Positions 28,390 to 37,294 of a stretch of 64,000 bases of DNA are shown piece by piece. Below the pieces are notes generated by a model, which saw nothing but the letters and a program-made list of their open reading frames with translations, did not search any database and was not told the origin of the DNA. The stretch is from positions 4,786-68,785 of the forward strand of contig JACNIG010000247.1 of NCBI GenBank assembly GCA_014383215.1. The letters are read 5' to 3'. The position numbers were made by a program, and so were the translations under genes. Source of the stretch: Candidatus Desulfatibia vada. Its GTDB lineage: Bacteria > Desulfobacterota > Desulfobacteria > Desulfobacterales > UBA11574. The first letter of the stretch is position 1, and the number at the start of each line of letters is the position of its first letter.

Positions 28390-28418
28390 GTTTAAACAGA
28401 TTCTCCTATATCTGTGAC

Positions 28419-28895
28419 TTAGTCGTCACATACCTTCCAATAGGGCTTCTCGGCTTCCCAGCTATCCATAATTTCCGCCGGAGGGCGAACCACCACCGCC
28501 TTGCATTCGGCGGTGAGCGTCCCGTCAGGAAGGCGGATCTCACCGGCAACCTTGGCCCGGTTTGCACTCTGCTTGATCACCCGGCCGGTCGCCGTCAGCG
28601 GTGTGTCGGTTGGGGTCGGGCGGCGAAACAAGACCTCCAGTTTCAACGCAACCATCAGTGCATCTTGGCCGGACTTGAGCATGACCGCCCGCCCGGAGGT
28701 CTCATCCAGAATGGCTGCAACAATACCGCCATGAACAACCCCGGGATAGCCGTTAAAATGCTCGGGAACCGTTACCGTAGCCCGAACTTGCTGAGCCTCG
28801 TGATCTTCGTACCAGCTCATCTTTAGCGAAATATCATTTTCACGTCCACACACAAAACAAGTTCGCGAGCTTGCCTGTTTCTTCATATTACGCAT
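28419..28895 (-). CDS. PaaI-family hotdog-fold thioesterase
   Basis: 158 aa with N-terminal CFVCG and the hotdog core VVHGGIVAAILDETSG. Confidence 0.8.
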   Translation of the reverse strand: MRNMKKQASSRTCFVCGRENDISLKMSWYEDHEAQQVRATVTVPEHFNGYPGVVHGGIVAAILDETSGRAVMLKSGQDALMVALKLEVLFRRPTPTDTPLTATGRVIKQSANRAKVAGEIRLPDGTLTAECKAVVVRPPAEIMDSWEAEKPYWKVCDD

Positions 28896-28920
28896 CTCTT
28901 TCCTACTAACAGTTCATTGA

Positions 28921-28981
28921 AACCTAAAACCTAAATCTTAAAACCCAAAACGTGATGAATTCGATTTTTTACGAATTCATC
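28921..28981. repeat. tandem 7-nt words (AAACCTA-like, x4) followed by a GATGAATTCG-loop-CGAATTCATC hairpin
   Basis: The words read aacctaa aacctaa atcttaa aacccaa. They are followed by gtGATGAATTCGatttttTACGAATTCATC, a perfect 10-bp stem at 28954-28981. Confidence 0.75.
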
Positions 28982-29317
28982 AATCTTGACATATATACTT
29001 TGGATACAGCAATGGCAAGTCTGATAGAAAACAATTTGAGCCAATTCTATTCGAAGAGTCTTGTCATTAGAAAAAGTTACATGTCGGCCTAAATCGTCAA
29101 AAAAATAGTCATACGGCGTCAATTTACTGCCGATGATGAAAGACTCTCTAAAGTCTGCAACAGCAGGCAGTCCCGCCGAGCAGGATCACCATGTCAAAGA
29201 TCGCCCAATTTGTATTACGCTCACCACCCCCTATCTCCATAAAAGCAGGAAGTTAAAACGCTTTCTTGCCTTTCCGGATTCAATCGGGGGACAAGGTGGC
29301 AACAGGGGCAAACAATG

Positions 29318-29332
29318 TGGCACGTTTTTTGA
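29318..29332 (+). promoter_or_regulatory. candidate sigma-54 (-24/-12) promoter
   Basis: TGGCAC-GTTTT-TTGA compares with the consensus TGGCAC-N5-TTGC(A/T). It lies about 250 nt upstream of the HTH gene that heads the che cluster. Confidence 0.3.
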
Positions 29333-29380
29333 AAGTAAATCATTTCAGGCGATTTACGACATTGTTGTTTTGCAGTATGC

Positions 29381-29529
29381 GTTCACAGGTTCAGTGTTCA
29401 ACGTTCAGGGTTACCTTTCCGTTGGGTTCACAAAATAAGAGTTTACCACTGCCCGACCGGCGGCAGGCGAGGCTCAGGGTTGTCTTTATTCGTTGAACCT
29501 CTGAACCCTGAACCTTTGAACCCGTGAAC
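29381..29529. repeat. word-built hairpin (GTTCAGG / TGAACC words) in the che-cluster leader
   Basis: The left arm is GTTCACAGGTTCAGTGTTCAACGTTCAGGGTT. The right arm is GTTGAACCTCTGAACCCTGAACCTTTGAACCCGTGAAC. Confidence 0.75.
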
Positions 29530-29580
29530 GGTTACAAAATTTTATTTTTTGCGAATTCATCACAATTAAAGGAGTTGAAT

Positions 29581-29754
29581 ATGATCAAAGAGCGTCTATT
29601 GTCTGTCGAAGAAATATGTCAATACCTTGGCCTCAGCCGAGACACGGTCTACAAGTGGATCGAGACCAAGGGGCTGCCAGCCTACCGCCTTGGACGTCTC
29701 TGGAAGTTTAAAAAGAAAGATGTTGATAAATGGCTTGAGCAAAACGCAAGCTAA
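29581..29754 (+). CDS. excisionase-family helix-turn-helix DNA-binding protein
   Basis: The likely start is MIKERLLSVEEICQYLGLSRDTVYKWIETKGLPAYRLGRLWKF. The track ORF starts earlier, at 29524. Confidence 0.75.
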   Translation: MIKERLLSVEEICQYLGLSRDTVYKWIETKGLPAYRLGRLWKFKKKDVDKWLEQNAS

Positions 29755-29833
29755 CCGCTCGCGCGCGCTTGAACGTAACCTCAACATGGCAAATTGTTCA
29801 AGACGTTAAACCATTAGGAAACAAGAGGCTCCA

Positions 29834-30133
29834 ATGACAAAAACAAGGGAAAAACCGGCGAAAAAAATTATCAAACCCGGCAAAGATATCACCGCCCCCA
29901 AAGCAGATAGCTTAAAGAAAAAACTGCATAAAACAACGGCACAGGGTACTGTGAACCTCACTTTAGACTTTGCAGGGGTAAAGAAAATCGACCCTGTGGG
30001 TTTGAGCGTCATCATTGCCGCTCACAACACGCTAAAGAACGCTGGTGGGAAATTGACACTGAAAAACGTTTCAGATGAGTTTTTAAACTTGTTTGGAACC
30101 ATACAGCTGGATCAACATTTTGAACTTCAATAG
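29834..30133 (+). CDS. STAS-domain protein (anti-sigma-factor-antagonist-like)
   Basis: 99 aa: ...LTLDFAGVKKIDPVGLSVIIAAHNTLKNAGGKLTLKNVSDEFLNLF. The usual phospho-Ser position (D-S-S-G) reads D-P-V-G. Confidence 0.8.
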   Translation: MTKTREKPAKKIIKPGKDITAPKADSLKKKLHKTTAQGTVNLTLDFAGVKKIDPVGLSVIIAAHNTLKNAGGKLTLKNVSDEFLNLFGTIQLDQHFELQ

Positions 30134-30243
30134 CAGGCAAATGCAACACGCAAAATCCCTTACAGTCGAACCCTGCCAAAGCGGGACCGTTACGCCACAG
30201 CGAAATTGCAGGAATTTTCAAGTCGATTCAAATAGGAGTCAAC

Positions 30244-33200
30244 ATGAGTATAGAAAATGACGACGACACCATACAGATTTTTATCCAAGAGTCTTTAGAA
30301 CACCTGGCCAATATTGAAAATGACTTTTTAGCCATTGAAGGAGCCGGAGTGAATTTAGACAAAGAACTGATCAACAAAGTATATCGCACCGCTCATTCCA
30401 TTAAAGGGGGGGCTGGTTTTATGGGGCTTACCAATATAAAAAACCTGACCCATGAAATGGAAAATATTCTGGGCAAGTTTAGAAGTAGCGAACTAACCCC
30501 CGATCCGGGAAGCATCAACATTCTGCTACTGGCCTCCGATACCCTCAGGGATCTGATCAACAATATCAATACCAGTAATGAAGTCGACATATCTGAACAC
30601 ATTGAAGCCTTGAGTGCCATCAACAAAGCTTCGCTGCTTGAAGAAGAAAAAACGCCTGCCTTTGAAATGATTGACATTACGTTTCCTGATGGGAAACACG
30701 GCCTTACCGTGGCCGCAGACGAAATTTCAAGTTCCTGGAAAGAAGGAAAATATATTTGCCTGCTCGAAATAGACTTAATTCAAGACGTTCATCTGAAAGG
30801 CAAAACGCCTCAGGGTTTTTTGGATGAAATTCAAGAATGCGGTGAGATTCTGGGCCGCCGGCTAGATGTAGACGCCGTTGGGGCCCTGGACCAGGAAGGC
30901 CTGCCCGATCAGTTGCCCTTGATAGCTCTTTTCGCCACGGTCCTGCAACCAAATGATATAAATGCACTGCTTGAGATCAATGAACAATCCATTTACGAAC
31001 TTGCTGACGACATGAGCGTAAAATCTGTAGAACAAAAAGTTTTAGAAGAATCTCTTGAATCTGCAACAGAAGAGGCCATGACAACTGCAAAAGATGATTT
31101 CATTGAAGAAACTCAAGAACAATCATCTGTTCTGACAGAATCCTCATTCCAAAAAGCCGGTGTGGAAACTCAGCAGCAAAAGAAATCAGTAGCCGTCGAG
31201 TCGAGTCTCAGAGTCAACATAAGCCTGCTCGATTCGCTCATGACGCTGGCAGGCGAACTGGTATTGTGTCGCAACCAACTAATCCAGTCAATAAGCTCAA
31301 ACGAACACCATACCCCGGAAATTGCAATTCAGAGGATAGATCTGATCACCTCTGAACTGCAAGAGGCCATCATGCTGACCCGGATGCAGTCTATCGGAAA
31401 TGTTTTCAATAAATTCCCTCGTGTGGTACGCAATTTGGCCAGGAACCTGGACAAGCAGGTAGAGTTATCCCTGGAAGGCAAAGAGGTTGAGCTGGATAAA
31501 ACTATTATAGAAGCCATCGGTGACCCACTGACCCACCTGGTTCGAAATGCCGTGGATCACGGTATCGAAATGCCTGATGACCGTCGGAAGGCGGGAAAAG
31601 ATACCAGCGGCAGAATTTTTTTAAAAGCATACCACGAAGCAGGACAGGTCAATGTCGCCATCTCCGACGACGGCAAGGGGCTTGATGGCAACAAATTGGC
31701 GATAGCGGCCGTGGCCAAGGGCCTGATAACTGACGATCAGGCCAAAATGATGTCGGAAAAAGAAAAGATAAATCTGATTTTTATGCCCGGCTTTTCCACC
31801 GCGGAAAAAGTGACCGATGTCTCTGGCCGTGGAGTTGGCATGGATGTTGTCAAGACCAATCTGGACAAACTGGGCGGGGTTGTGGACATTGACTCTGAAC
31901 TCGGGAAGGGAACAACGATTCGGATAAAGCTTCCTCTGACATTGGCCATTATCCCCTGTCAAATCATTGTTACCGGAGGAGAGCGTTATGCCATCCCCCA
32001 GGTCAATCTGGAAGAACTGATCAGAATTCCTGCCGGCCAGGTCAAAGATAAAATAGAGATGGTCGGAGATGCTGAAGTCGTCAGGTTGCGCGGGGATCTT
32101 CTTCCCCTGATACACCTTGCTGATACTATCAATGTTGAACGCACTTATTTCGACTCTGATAAGCAAGAGTTGAAAAGCGACCGGCGGGATAGTATCGCCG
32201 ACCGAAGATCTCATAAGAGCCCCCTATTTGACGAAGATCAACCCAAAACTAAAGACTCGAAACTCGAAATCCAAAACCCGCAACACCAGGCTCGCAGCCC
32301 GCAAGACCGGCGCTATCATGCTGCCAGTGCACTCCACATCGTAGTCGTTACTACAGGTGCCATGAAATACGGATTGGTCGTCGACAGGCTGAATGATTCC
32401 GAAGAAATCGTCGTCAAACCGCTGGGACGTCATCTCAAGCACTGTAAGGGATACGCCGGAGCCACCATTATGGGTGACGGCCGTGTGGCAATTATACTGG
32501 ATGTGGGCAATATAGCGAGGATGGCAGGACTGATTTCCCTGGAAGGTACTGACAGGGCCGTGAAAGTTTCCAAGGAAACCGATGATGCCGCCATCAAGGC
32601 AAACAAAGACAAGCAGTCCCTGCTGGTATTTAGAAGCGCTGAAAACGAACAATTTGCCGTTGCTTTAAACCTGGTAGAGCGTATAGAGAAGATCAAAAAA
32701 ACAGCCATCGAAGAAGTGGGCGGCAAACGGGTAATGCAATATCGCGGCAGAAGTCTTCCTTTGTTTGCCATTGATGAAGTCGCTCAGGTCAAACCACTTG
32801 CGAATAAAGAAGACCTTTTGGTCATTGTTTTTACTCTTGTCGATAAAGAAATCGGTCTTTTGGCCATGGGCCCTGTGGACGCTACAGAAATATCCGCTGA
32901 AGTTGACGGCAGCACCCTCAAACAGCCGGGTATTTTAGGTTCTGTCATTATCGGCAACCACACCACCTTATTGGTAGACATCTTCGGCTTTGTTCAGGCT
33001 CTGAATCCGGAATGGTTTTCCGGACACAAGATGGTTACGACACTCGACGGCGAGGCACCCACCGTTTTATATGCAGAGGACTCCAATTTTTTCCGCAACC
33101 AGATTAAGGATTTCATTGAAGATGTAGGCTACAACGTTATCGCGGCCGAAGACGGAATGATCGCCTGGAATCTACTCCAGGAGCATGGGGAGAAAGTAGC

Positions 33201-33426
33201 CTTGGTAATCACGGACATCGAGATGCCCAATCTTAACGGCTACGACCTTACCGCCAAAATCAGACATGACAATCGCTTTTCCGGACTGCCGATTATAGCC
33301 GTAACCTCTATGGCGGGAGATGAAGAAATTGCTAAAGGAAAAGCAGTCGGAGTTAATGAATATCAGATCAAGCTGGACAAGGAGAAACTAATCGGCAGCC
33401 TCCATCATTATCTGCAAAGCAAATAG
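30244..33426 (+). CDS. cheA: hybrid chemotaxis histidine kinase CheA (Hpt, dimerisation, HATPase, two CheW-like domains, receiver)
   Basis: 1060 aa. The elements are Hpt (RTAHSIKGGAGFMG), the dimerisation segment SLRVNISLLDSLMTLAGELV, the N/G boxes HLVRNAVDHGIE, DDGKGLD and GRGVGMDVV, two CheW-like segments, and a C-terminal REC (VLYAEDS...ITDIEMPNLNG). Confidence 0.93.
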   Translation: MSIENDDDTIQIFIQESLEHLANIENDFLAIEGAGVNLDKELINKVYRTAHSIKGGAGFMGLTNIKNLTHEMENILGKFRSSELTPDPGSINILLLASDTLRDLINNINTSNEVDISEHIEALSAINKASLLEEEKTPAFEMIDITFPDGKHGLTVAADEISSSWKEGKYICLLEIDLIQDVHLKGKTPQGFLDEIQECGEILGRRLDVDAVGALDQEGLPDQLPLIALFATVLQPNDINALLEINEQSIYELADDMSVKSVEQKVLEESLESATEEAMTTAKDDFIEETQEQSSVLTESSFQKAGVETQQQKKSVAVESSLRVNISLLDSLMTLAGELVLCRNQLIQSISSNEHHTPEIAIQRIDLITSELQEAIMLTRMQSIGNVFNKFPRVVRNLARNLDKQVELSLEGKEVELDKTIIEAIGDPLTHLVRNAVDHGIEMPDDRRKAGKDTSGRIFLKAYHEAGQVNVAISDDGKGLDGNKLAIAAVAKGLITDDQAKMMSEKEKINLIFMPGFSTAEKVTDVSGRGVGMDVVKTNLDKLGGVVDIDSELGKGTTIRIKLPLTLAIIPCQIIVTGGERYAIPQVNLEELIRIPAGQVKDKIEMVGDAEVVRLRGDLLPLIHLADTINVERTYFDSDKQELKSDRRDSIADRRSHKSPLFDEDQPKTKDSKLEIQNPQHQARSPQDRRYHAASALHIVVVTTGAMKYGLVVDRLNDSEEIVVKPLGRHLKHCKGYAGATIMGDGRVAIILDVGNIARMAGLISLEGTDRAVKVSKETDDAAIKANKDKQSLLVFRSAENEQFAVALNLVERIEKIKKTAIEEVGGKRVMQYRGRSLPLFAIDEVAQVKPLANKEDLLVIVFTLVDKEIGLLAMGPVDATEISAEVDGSTLKQPGILGSVIIGNHTTLLVDIFGFVQALNPEWFSGHKMVTTLDGEAPTVLYAEDSNFFRNQIKDFIEDVGYNVIAAEDGMIAWNLLQEHGEKVALVITDIEMPNLNGYDLTAKIRHDNRFSGLPIIAVTSMAGDEEIAKGKAVGVNEYQIKLDKEKLIGSLHHYLQSK

Positions 33427-33546
33427 CTGCTGGTTAGGAAACATCGACGCGCATATTCGGCAGAGAATGCTGTCCCAGAAGGAAATCGCAGGAAATTTTA
33501 AAATATAAAAATTGATTAATACAAAAGGCAAGAAGGAGGATTTGAT

Positions 33547-35319
33547 ATGTTTAAAATCCGGAGCATCAAGGCAAAACTGCTGGCCTCAGTGGCCGCCATG
33601 GTAGTTGTATTGGTAACGGCTTTTCTGGTGAAAAGCTATCAAGAGAAAACCTCAGGCATCATGAAATACAAATATTCGGCCCTTGAATTACACTTCCAGA
33701 ATATACAAAGTCTTATCAAAGGGGCGGAAATCGGAGACTGGATGGAAGAAGTTCTGCTCTCAAAGAGAAAGGACGGCTATGACAGCGCCTTAATCGTACC
33801 CGACGGTGCCGGCTTTAAAATCGCGGCAAAAACTAATACTGTGGACATCCTGTCCGGCAATGACACTCTTCTCAAGCGGGTGCTACAGACCGGTCAAGCC
33901 ACAACACAGCGCCTGCACCAAAACGGCAAAGACATTTTGACATTTTTCGGGCCTGTGCAAGATTCTGCCGGCAAGCATGGGATTGCCGCCGCACTCCTTG
34001 ATATCAGCACGGACATGGCTCAATTCCGCAAGTCGCTATTTGTGTCTATTGCCGCCGGCCTGTGTATTATCTTTATTTATTGCGGCATACTGTACTTTTT
34101 AGTAGACCGGCTGGTCAATAAACCGATTAAAAGTACCTATGATACCATCAGATTAATGGTAATGGAAGGTGACCTGACCAAACGCATTCCCATGCAGAAA
34201 GTCAATTGTTCACAAATGCGAAACTGTAAACATACCGATTGTCCCAGCCACGGTAAAACAGGCAGCTGCTGGCAGGAGGTCGGCTCCAATACACCCGGTG
34301 AGATCCAGTGCAGGTGCATCACTGCGGGCGAGTTTAAATCCTGCATCAATTGCTCCGTCGCCCAGAGTGTGCTGCGCGATGAACTTGACAAATTGGCCGC
34401 CTGGGTCAACACATTCATAACCCAGGTTGCCAGAATTATAAAAAATATCGCCGATCACGCCGAAACCTTGGATACTTCCTCCATCGATTTATCCAGCCTT
34501 TCCGGACAGATGTCGCAAGGGACCGAAAATATGTCCCACAAATCGAAAACTGTAGCCGCGGCAGCCGAAGAGATGAGTTCCAACATGAACTCTGTAGCTG
34601 TCGCCATGGAACAAGCCGCCACTAATATTAACATGATGGCTACAGCCTCTGAAGAGATGACCGCCACCATAAATGAAATTGCTCAAAATTCCGAGAAGGC
34701 CCGCGCCATAACCGGTGAAGCGGTCACACAGTCTAAGGCTGCATCTGACCAAATAGAACAATTTGGCAAGGCTGCCCTTGAAATAGATGAGGTCACCGAA
34801 GGAATTCGTGATATTTCAGAACAGGTTAATCTGCTGGCTCTCAATGCTACTATCGAAGCGGCACGGGCCGGAGAGGCCGGTAAAGGTTTTGCGGTTGTAG
34901 CTCAGGAGATAAAGGATCTTGCCAGACAAACAGCTGATGCGACTAATAAAGCAGATGAGAAGCTTAAATGGATACAATCCAGGTCCGCTGATTCGGCCGA
35001 GAATGTGAAGGCTATCACCAAGGTAATTGATGAAGTCAACGAAATTGTAAGCACCATTGCAACGGCAGTGGAAGAACAGTCAGTAACTACAAAGGAGATT
35101 GCCGGCAACGTGTCCCAGGCATCCATGGGAATTCAGGAAGTCAACGAGAACGTTGCCCAAAGTTCCACCGTTGCCACTGAGGTTGCAAAAGATATTGCCG
35201 AAGTCAATCAATCAGCCGCTGAAATGTCCAACAGCAGTTCTCAGGTAAATATGAGTTCGGAAGATTTATCTAAACTTGCAGAACAGCTCAATAAAATGGC
35301 TCATAAGTTTAAAGTATAA
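33547..35319 (+). CDS. methyl-accepting chemotaxis protein with a Cys-rich insertion in the HAMP connector
   Basis: 590 aa with two TM segments, a periplasmic ~130-aa domain, a HAMP domain split by an 8-Cys segment (aa 221-269), and a conserved signalling hairpin ([35 protein letters not shown]). Confidence 0.92.
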   Translation: MFKIRSIKAKLLASVAAMVVVLVTAFLVKSYQEKTSGIMKYKYSALELHFQNIQSLIKGAEIGDWMEEVLLSKRKDGYDSALIVPDGAGFKIAAKTNTVDILSGNDTLLKRVLQTGQATTQRLHQNGKDILTFFGPVQDSAGKHGIAAALLDISTDMAQFRKSLFVSIAAGLCIIFIYCGILYFLVDRLVNKPIKSTYDTIRLMVMEGDLTKRIPMQKVNCSQMRNCKHTDCPSHGKTGSCWQEVGSNTPGEIQCRCITAGEFKSCINCSVAQSVLRDELDKLAAWVNTFITQVARIIKNIADHAETLDTSSIDLSSLSGQMSQGTENMSHKSKTVAAAAEEMSSNMNSVAVAMEQAATNINMMATASEEMTATINEIAQNSEKARAITGEAVTQSKAASDQIEQFGKAALEIDEVTEGIRDISEQVNLLALNATIEAARAGEAGKGFAVVAQEIKDLARQTADATNKADEKLKWIQSRSADSAENVKAITKVIDEVNEIVSTIATAVEEQSVTTKEIAGNVSQASMGIQEVNENVAQSSTVATEVAKDIAEVNQSAAEMSNSSSQVNMSSEDLSKLAEQLNKMAHKFKV

Positions 35320-35382
35320 ATCGTTGCACGATTTTATAGGGCGCGGCTTCGCCGTTTAACAAAGGAAATTGAGGCAACAACC

Positions 35383-35841
35383 ATGGTAGAGATATCAGCA
35401 ACTCAAACCGACAACCAGAACATAGATATTGCCACTTTCTATGTGGGTAATGCTCTCTGCGGGATTGACATACTAAATATTCAGGAAATTAATAAGCTCA
35501 TAGAAATGACCAAAGTGCCCCAGGCGCCTGAGTATGTCTTGGGCATTCTGAATCTGCGAGGACAAATAGTGACCATTATCGACCTTGGCACCAAGCTTGA
35601 TCTCTCTGGAACCAAGTTGAGCGATAAAACGCGTAATATTATTGTTAATTCAAAAGGAGAATCCATCGGCTTACTGGTGGAGCGCATCGGTGATGTGGTC
35701 AGAGTTAACAGTGCACAATTGGAACCGCCGCCGGCCAATATCGGTAGTGTTCAGGGTAAATTTTTTAAAGGCGTATTCAAAACTCAAAACCATTTGATTG
35801 GAATTCTGGATGTTGAAGAGATTCTCGAAGAAGAACATTAG
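35383..35841 (+). CDS. cheW: chemotaxis coupling protein CheW
   Basis: 152 aa: ...FYVGNALCGIDILNIQEI..., GILNLRGQIVTIIDL. Confidence 0.93.
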   Translation: MVEISATQTDNQNIDIATFYVGNALCGIDILNIQEINKLIEMTKVPQAPEYVLGILNLRGQIVTIIDLGTKLDLSGTKLSDKTRNIIVNSKGESIGLLVERIGDVVRVNSAQLEPPPANIGSVQGKFFKGVFKTQNHLIGILDVEEILEEEH

Positions 35842-35861
35842 TTTAGTCTTTTGTCACTGGT

Positions 35862-35927
35862 CATTGGGTATTGGAGCGCTCTTTTTTACAACTGACGAAT
35901 GACACATGACAACTAGCGAATGACACA
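35862..35927. repeat. word-built hairpin between cheW and cheB
   Basis: TGTCACTGGTCATTGGGTATTGG pairs with CAACTGACGAATGACACATGACAACTAGCGAATGACACA. The right arm runs up to the cheB ATG. Confidence 0.6.
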
Positions 35928-37048
35928 TGCAACATGACAAACCCCTAAGAGTATTGATAGTAGACGACACCGTGATCTACCGCAAAATCGTAAGTGACGT
36001 CCTGGCGGAATTACCCCATGTGGAGGCAGTGGGCACTGCTCATAATGGAAAGACCGCCATAATCAAGATTGCCTCTCTGAAACCGGACCTTTTGACCCTC
36101 GATATCGAAATGCCGGAAATGAATGGGCTTGAAGTCCTGGCTCATATAAAAACAGCAGCACCGCATGTGGGGGCAATAGTGCTCAGTACGCTCACCCATA
36201 AAAGTGGTGAGCTGACCATGAAAGCGCTGGAACTGGGAGCTTTTGATTTTATCCCCAAACCGCAAGAAGGCAGCATCTCTGAAAATACCGCAGCCATAAA
36301 AAGCACCATTGCTCCTATGATCAAGGCCTTTGCACGCCACAAAGAGATAAAGAGTATTCTTTGCCAAGGCAAAATCCTTGCCTCTGCCGCCGAATCGGAC
36401 GCAAAAAGACCACAGGACTCCGCAAAAATTGTCCAGCGTATGAGTACGATCACAGGCCGTAAAAGAGGAAACTCAGAGGTCGTGGCCATCGGCATTTCTA
36501 CGGGAGGGCCTAATGCTCTGGCACAGATGATGCCCAAACTTCCAGCAAAACTGGGAGCGCCCATATTAATTGTCCAGCATATGCCCCCTGTTTTCACACG
36601 GTCTCTCGCCGTAAGCCTGAACGCCAAATGTTCCCTTGAAGTCCGAGAAGCGGTTGACGGTGAGCCCCTTAGGCCCGATACCGCCCTTATAGCGCCCGGC
36701 GGAAAACAGATGAAGGTTGTGGCTGCGGCTGACGGCAAATCCAGGATCATCAGAATAACAGACGACCCCCCGGAAAACAGCTGCAAGCCTTCAGTCGACT
36801 ATCTAATGCGATCCATAGCTCATCACTATATGGACCGGGCAACAGGGGTTATTATGACCGGCATGGGCTCGGACGGTCTGCTTGGGTTGAAATTGATGAA
36901 ACGCAACGGTGCGACTATTCTGGCACAGGACGAATCAACCTGCGTGGTTTACGGTATGCCCAAAGAACCAATTGAAGCCGGTATCGTTGATGTTATTGCA
37001 CCACTGGATAAGATTGCAGAAGAAATCGTGAGAACTGTAGGTCGTTAG
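35927..37048 (+). CDS. cheB: protein-glutamate methylesterase/glutaminase CheB
   Basis: 373 aa with REC (VLIVDD...LDIEMPEMNG) and a methylesterase domain (GISTGGP, QHMPP, GMGSDG). Confidence 0.95.
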   Translation: MQHDKPLRVLIVDDTVIYRKIVSDVLAELPHVEAVGTAHNGKTAIIKIASLKPDLLTLDIEMPEMNGLEVLAHIKTAAPHVGAIVLSTLTHKSGELTMKALELGAFDFIPKPQEGSISENTAAIKSTIAPMIKAFARHKEIKSILCQGKILASAAESDAKRPQDSAKIVQRMSTITGRKRGNSEVVAIGISTGGPNALAQMMPKLPAKLGAPILIVQHMPPVFTRSLAVSLNAKCSLEVREAVDGEPLRPDTALIAPGGKQMKVVAAADGKSRIIRITDDPPENSCKPSVDYLMRSIAHHYMDRATGVIMTGMGSDGLLGLKLMKRNGATILAQDESTCVVYGMPKEPIEAGIVDVIAPLDKIAEEIVRTVGR

Positions 37049-37294
37049 TCACTGGTCGCTTGTCATTAGCCACTTGCTTGCCCCGTTGAATTCCAGCGCC
37101 AGCTGGACTATTCAACTGGGGTCATTGGTCATTGGATAACTGATAACTGATCACTTTTTACTTTTCACTGTTTCCGGGTCATTGGTAAAGATAAAAGCTG
37201 AAAACATGAAAATAAGAGATGTACAGGGGAAATGACGAATGGCAAATGACGAACGACGAATGACAAGTGACAAATGACGAATGACAAGTGACAA
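37049..37294. repeat. 246-nt cheB-cheR spacer made of nested word-built palindromes (TGACAA / CATTGG words)
   Basis: TAGTCACTGGTCGCTTGTCATTAGCCACTTG pairs with GACGAATGACAAGTGACAAATGACGAATGACAAGTGACAAATG. The inner sequence is GGTCATTGGTCATTGGATAACTGATAACTGATCAC. Confidence 0.7.

Noticed and set aside
28931-29438. ORFs of 63 aa (minus, TTG start) and 101 aa (plus) in the thioesterase/che intergenic region
   Set aside because: Neither has a convincing Shine-Dalgarno sequence or recognisable motifs. Both overlap the word arrays and hairpins, so I treat them as non-coding.
31621-32214. 197-aa minus-strand ORF, and similar ORFs at 36142-36786, 40814-41347, 49641-50156, 60476-61063 and 61604-62194
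   Set aside because: All are antisense shadow ORFs within well-supported genes (cheA, cheB, ClC, DUF1015, pilB, DsbA-like) and have no independent support.
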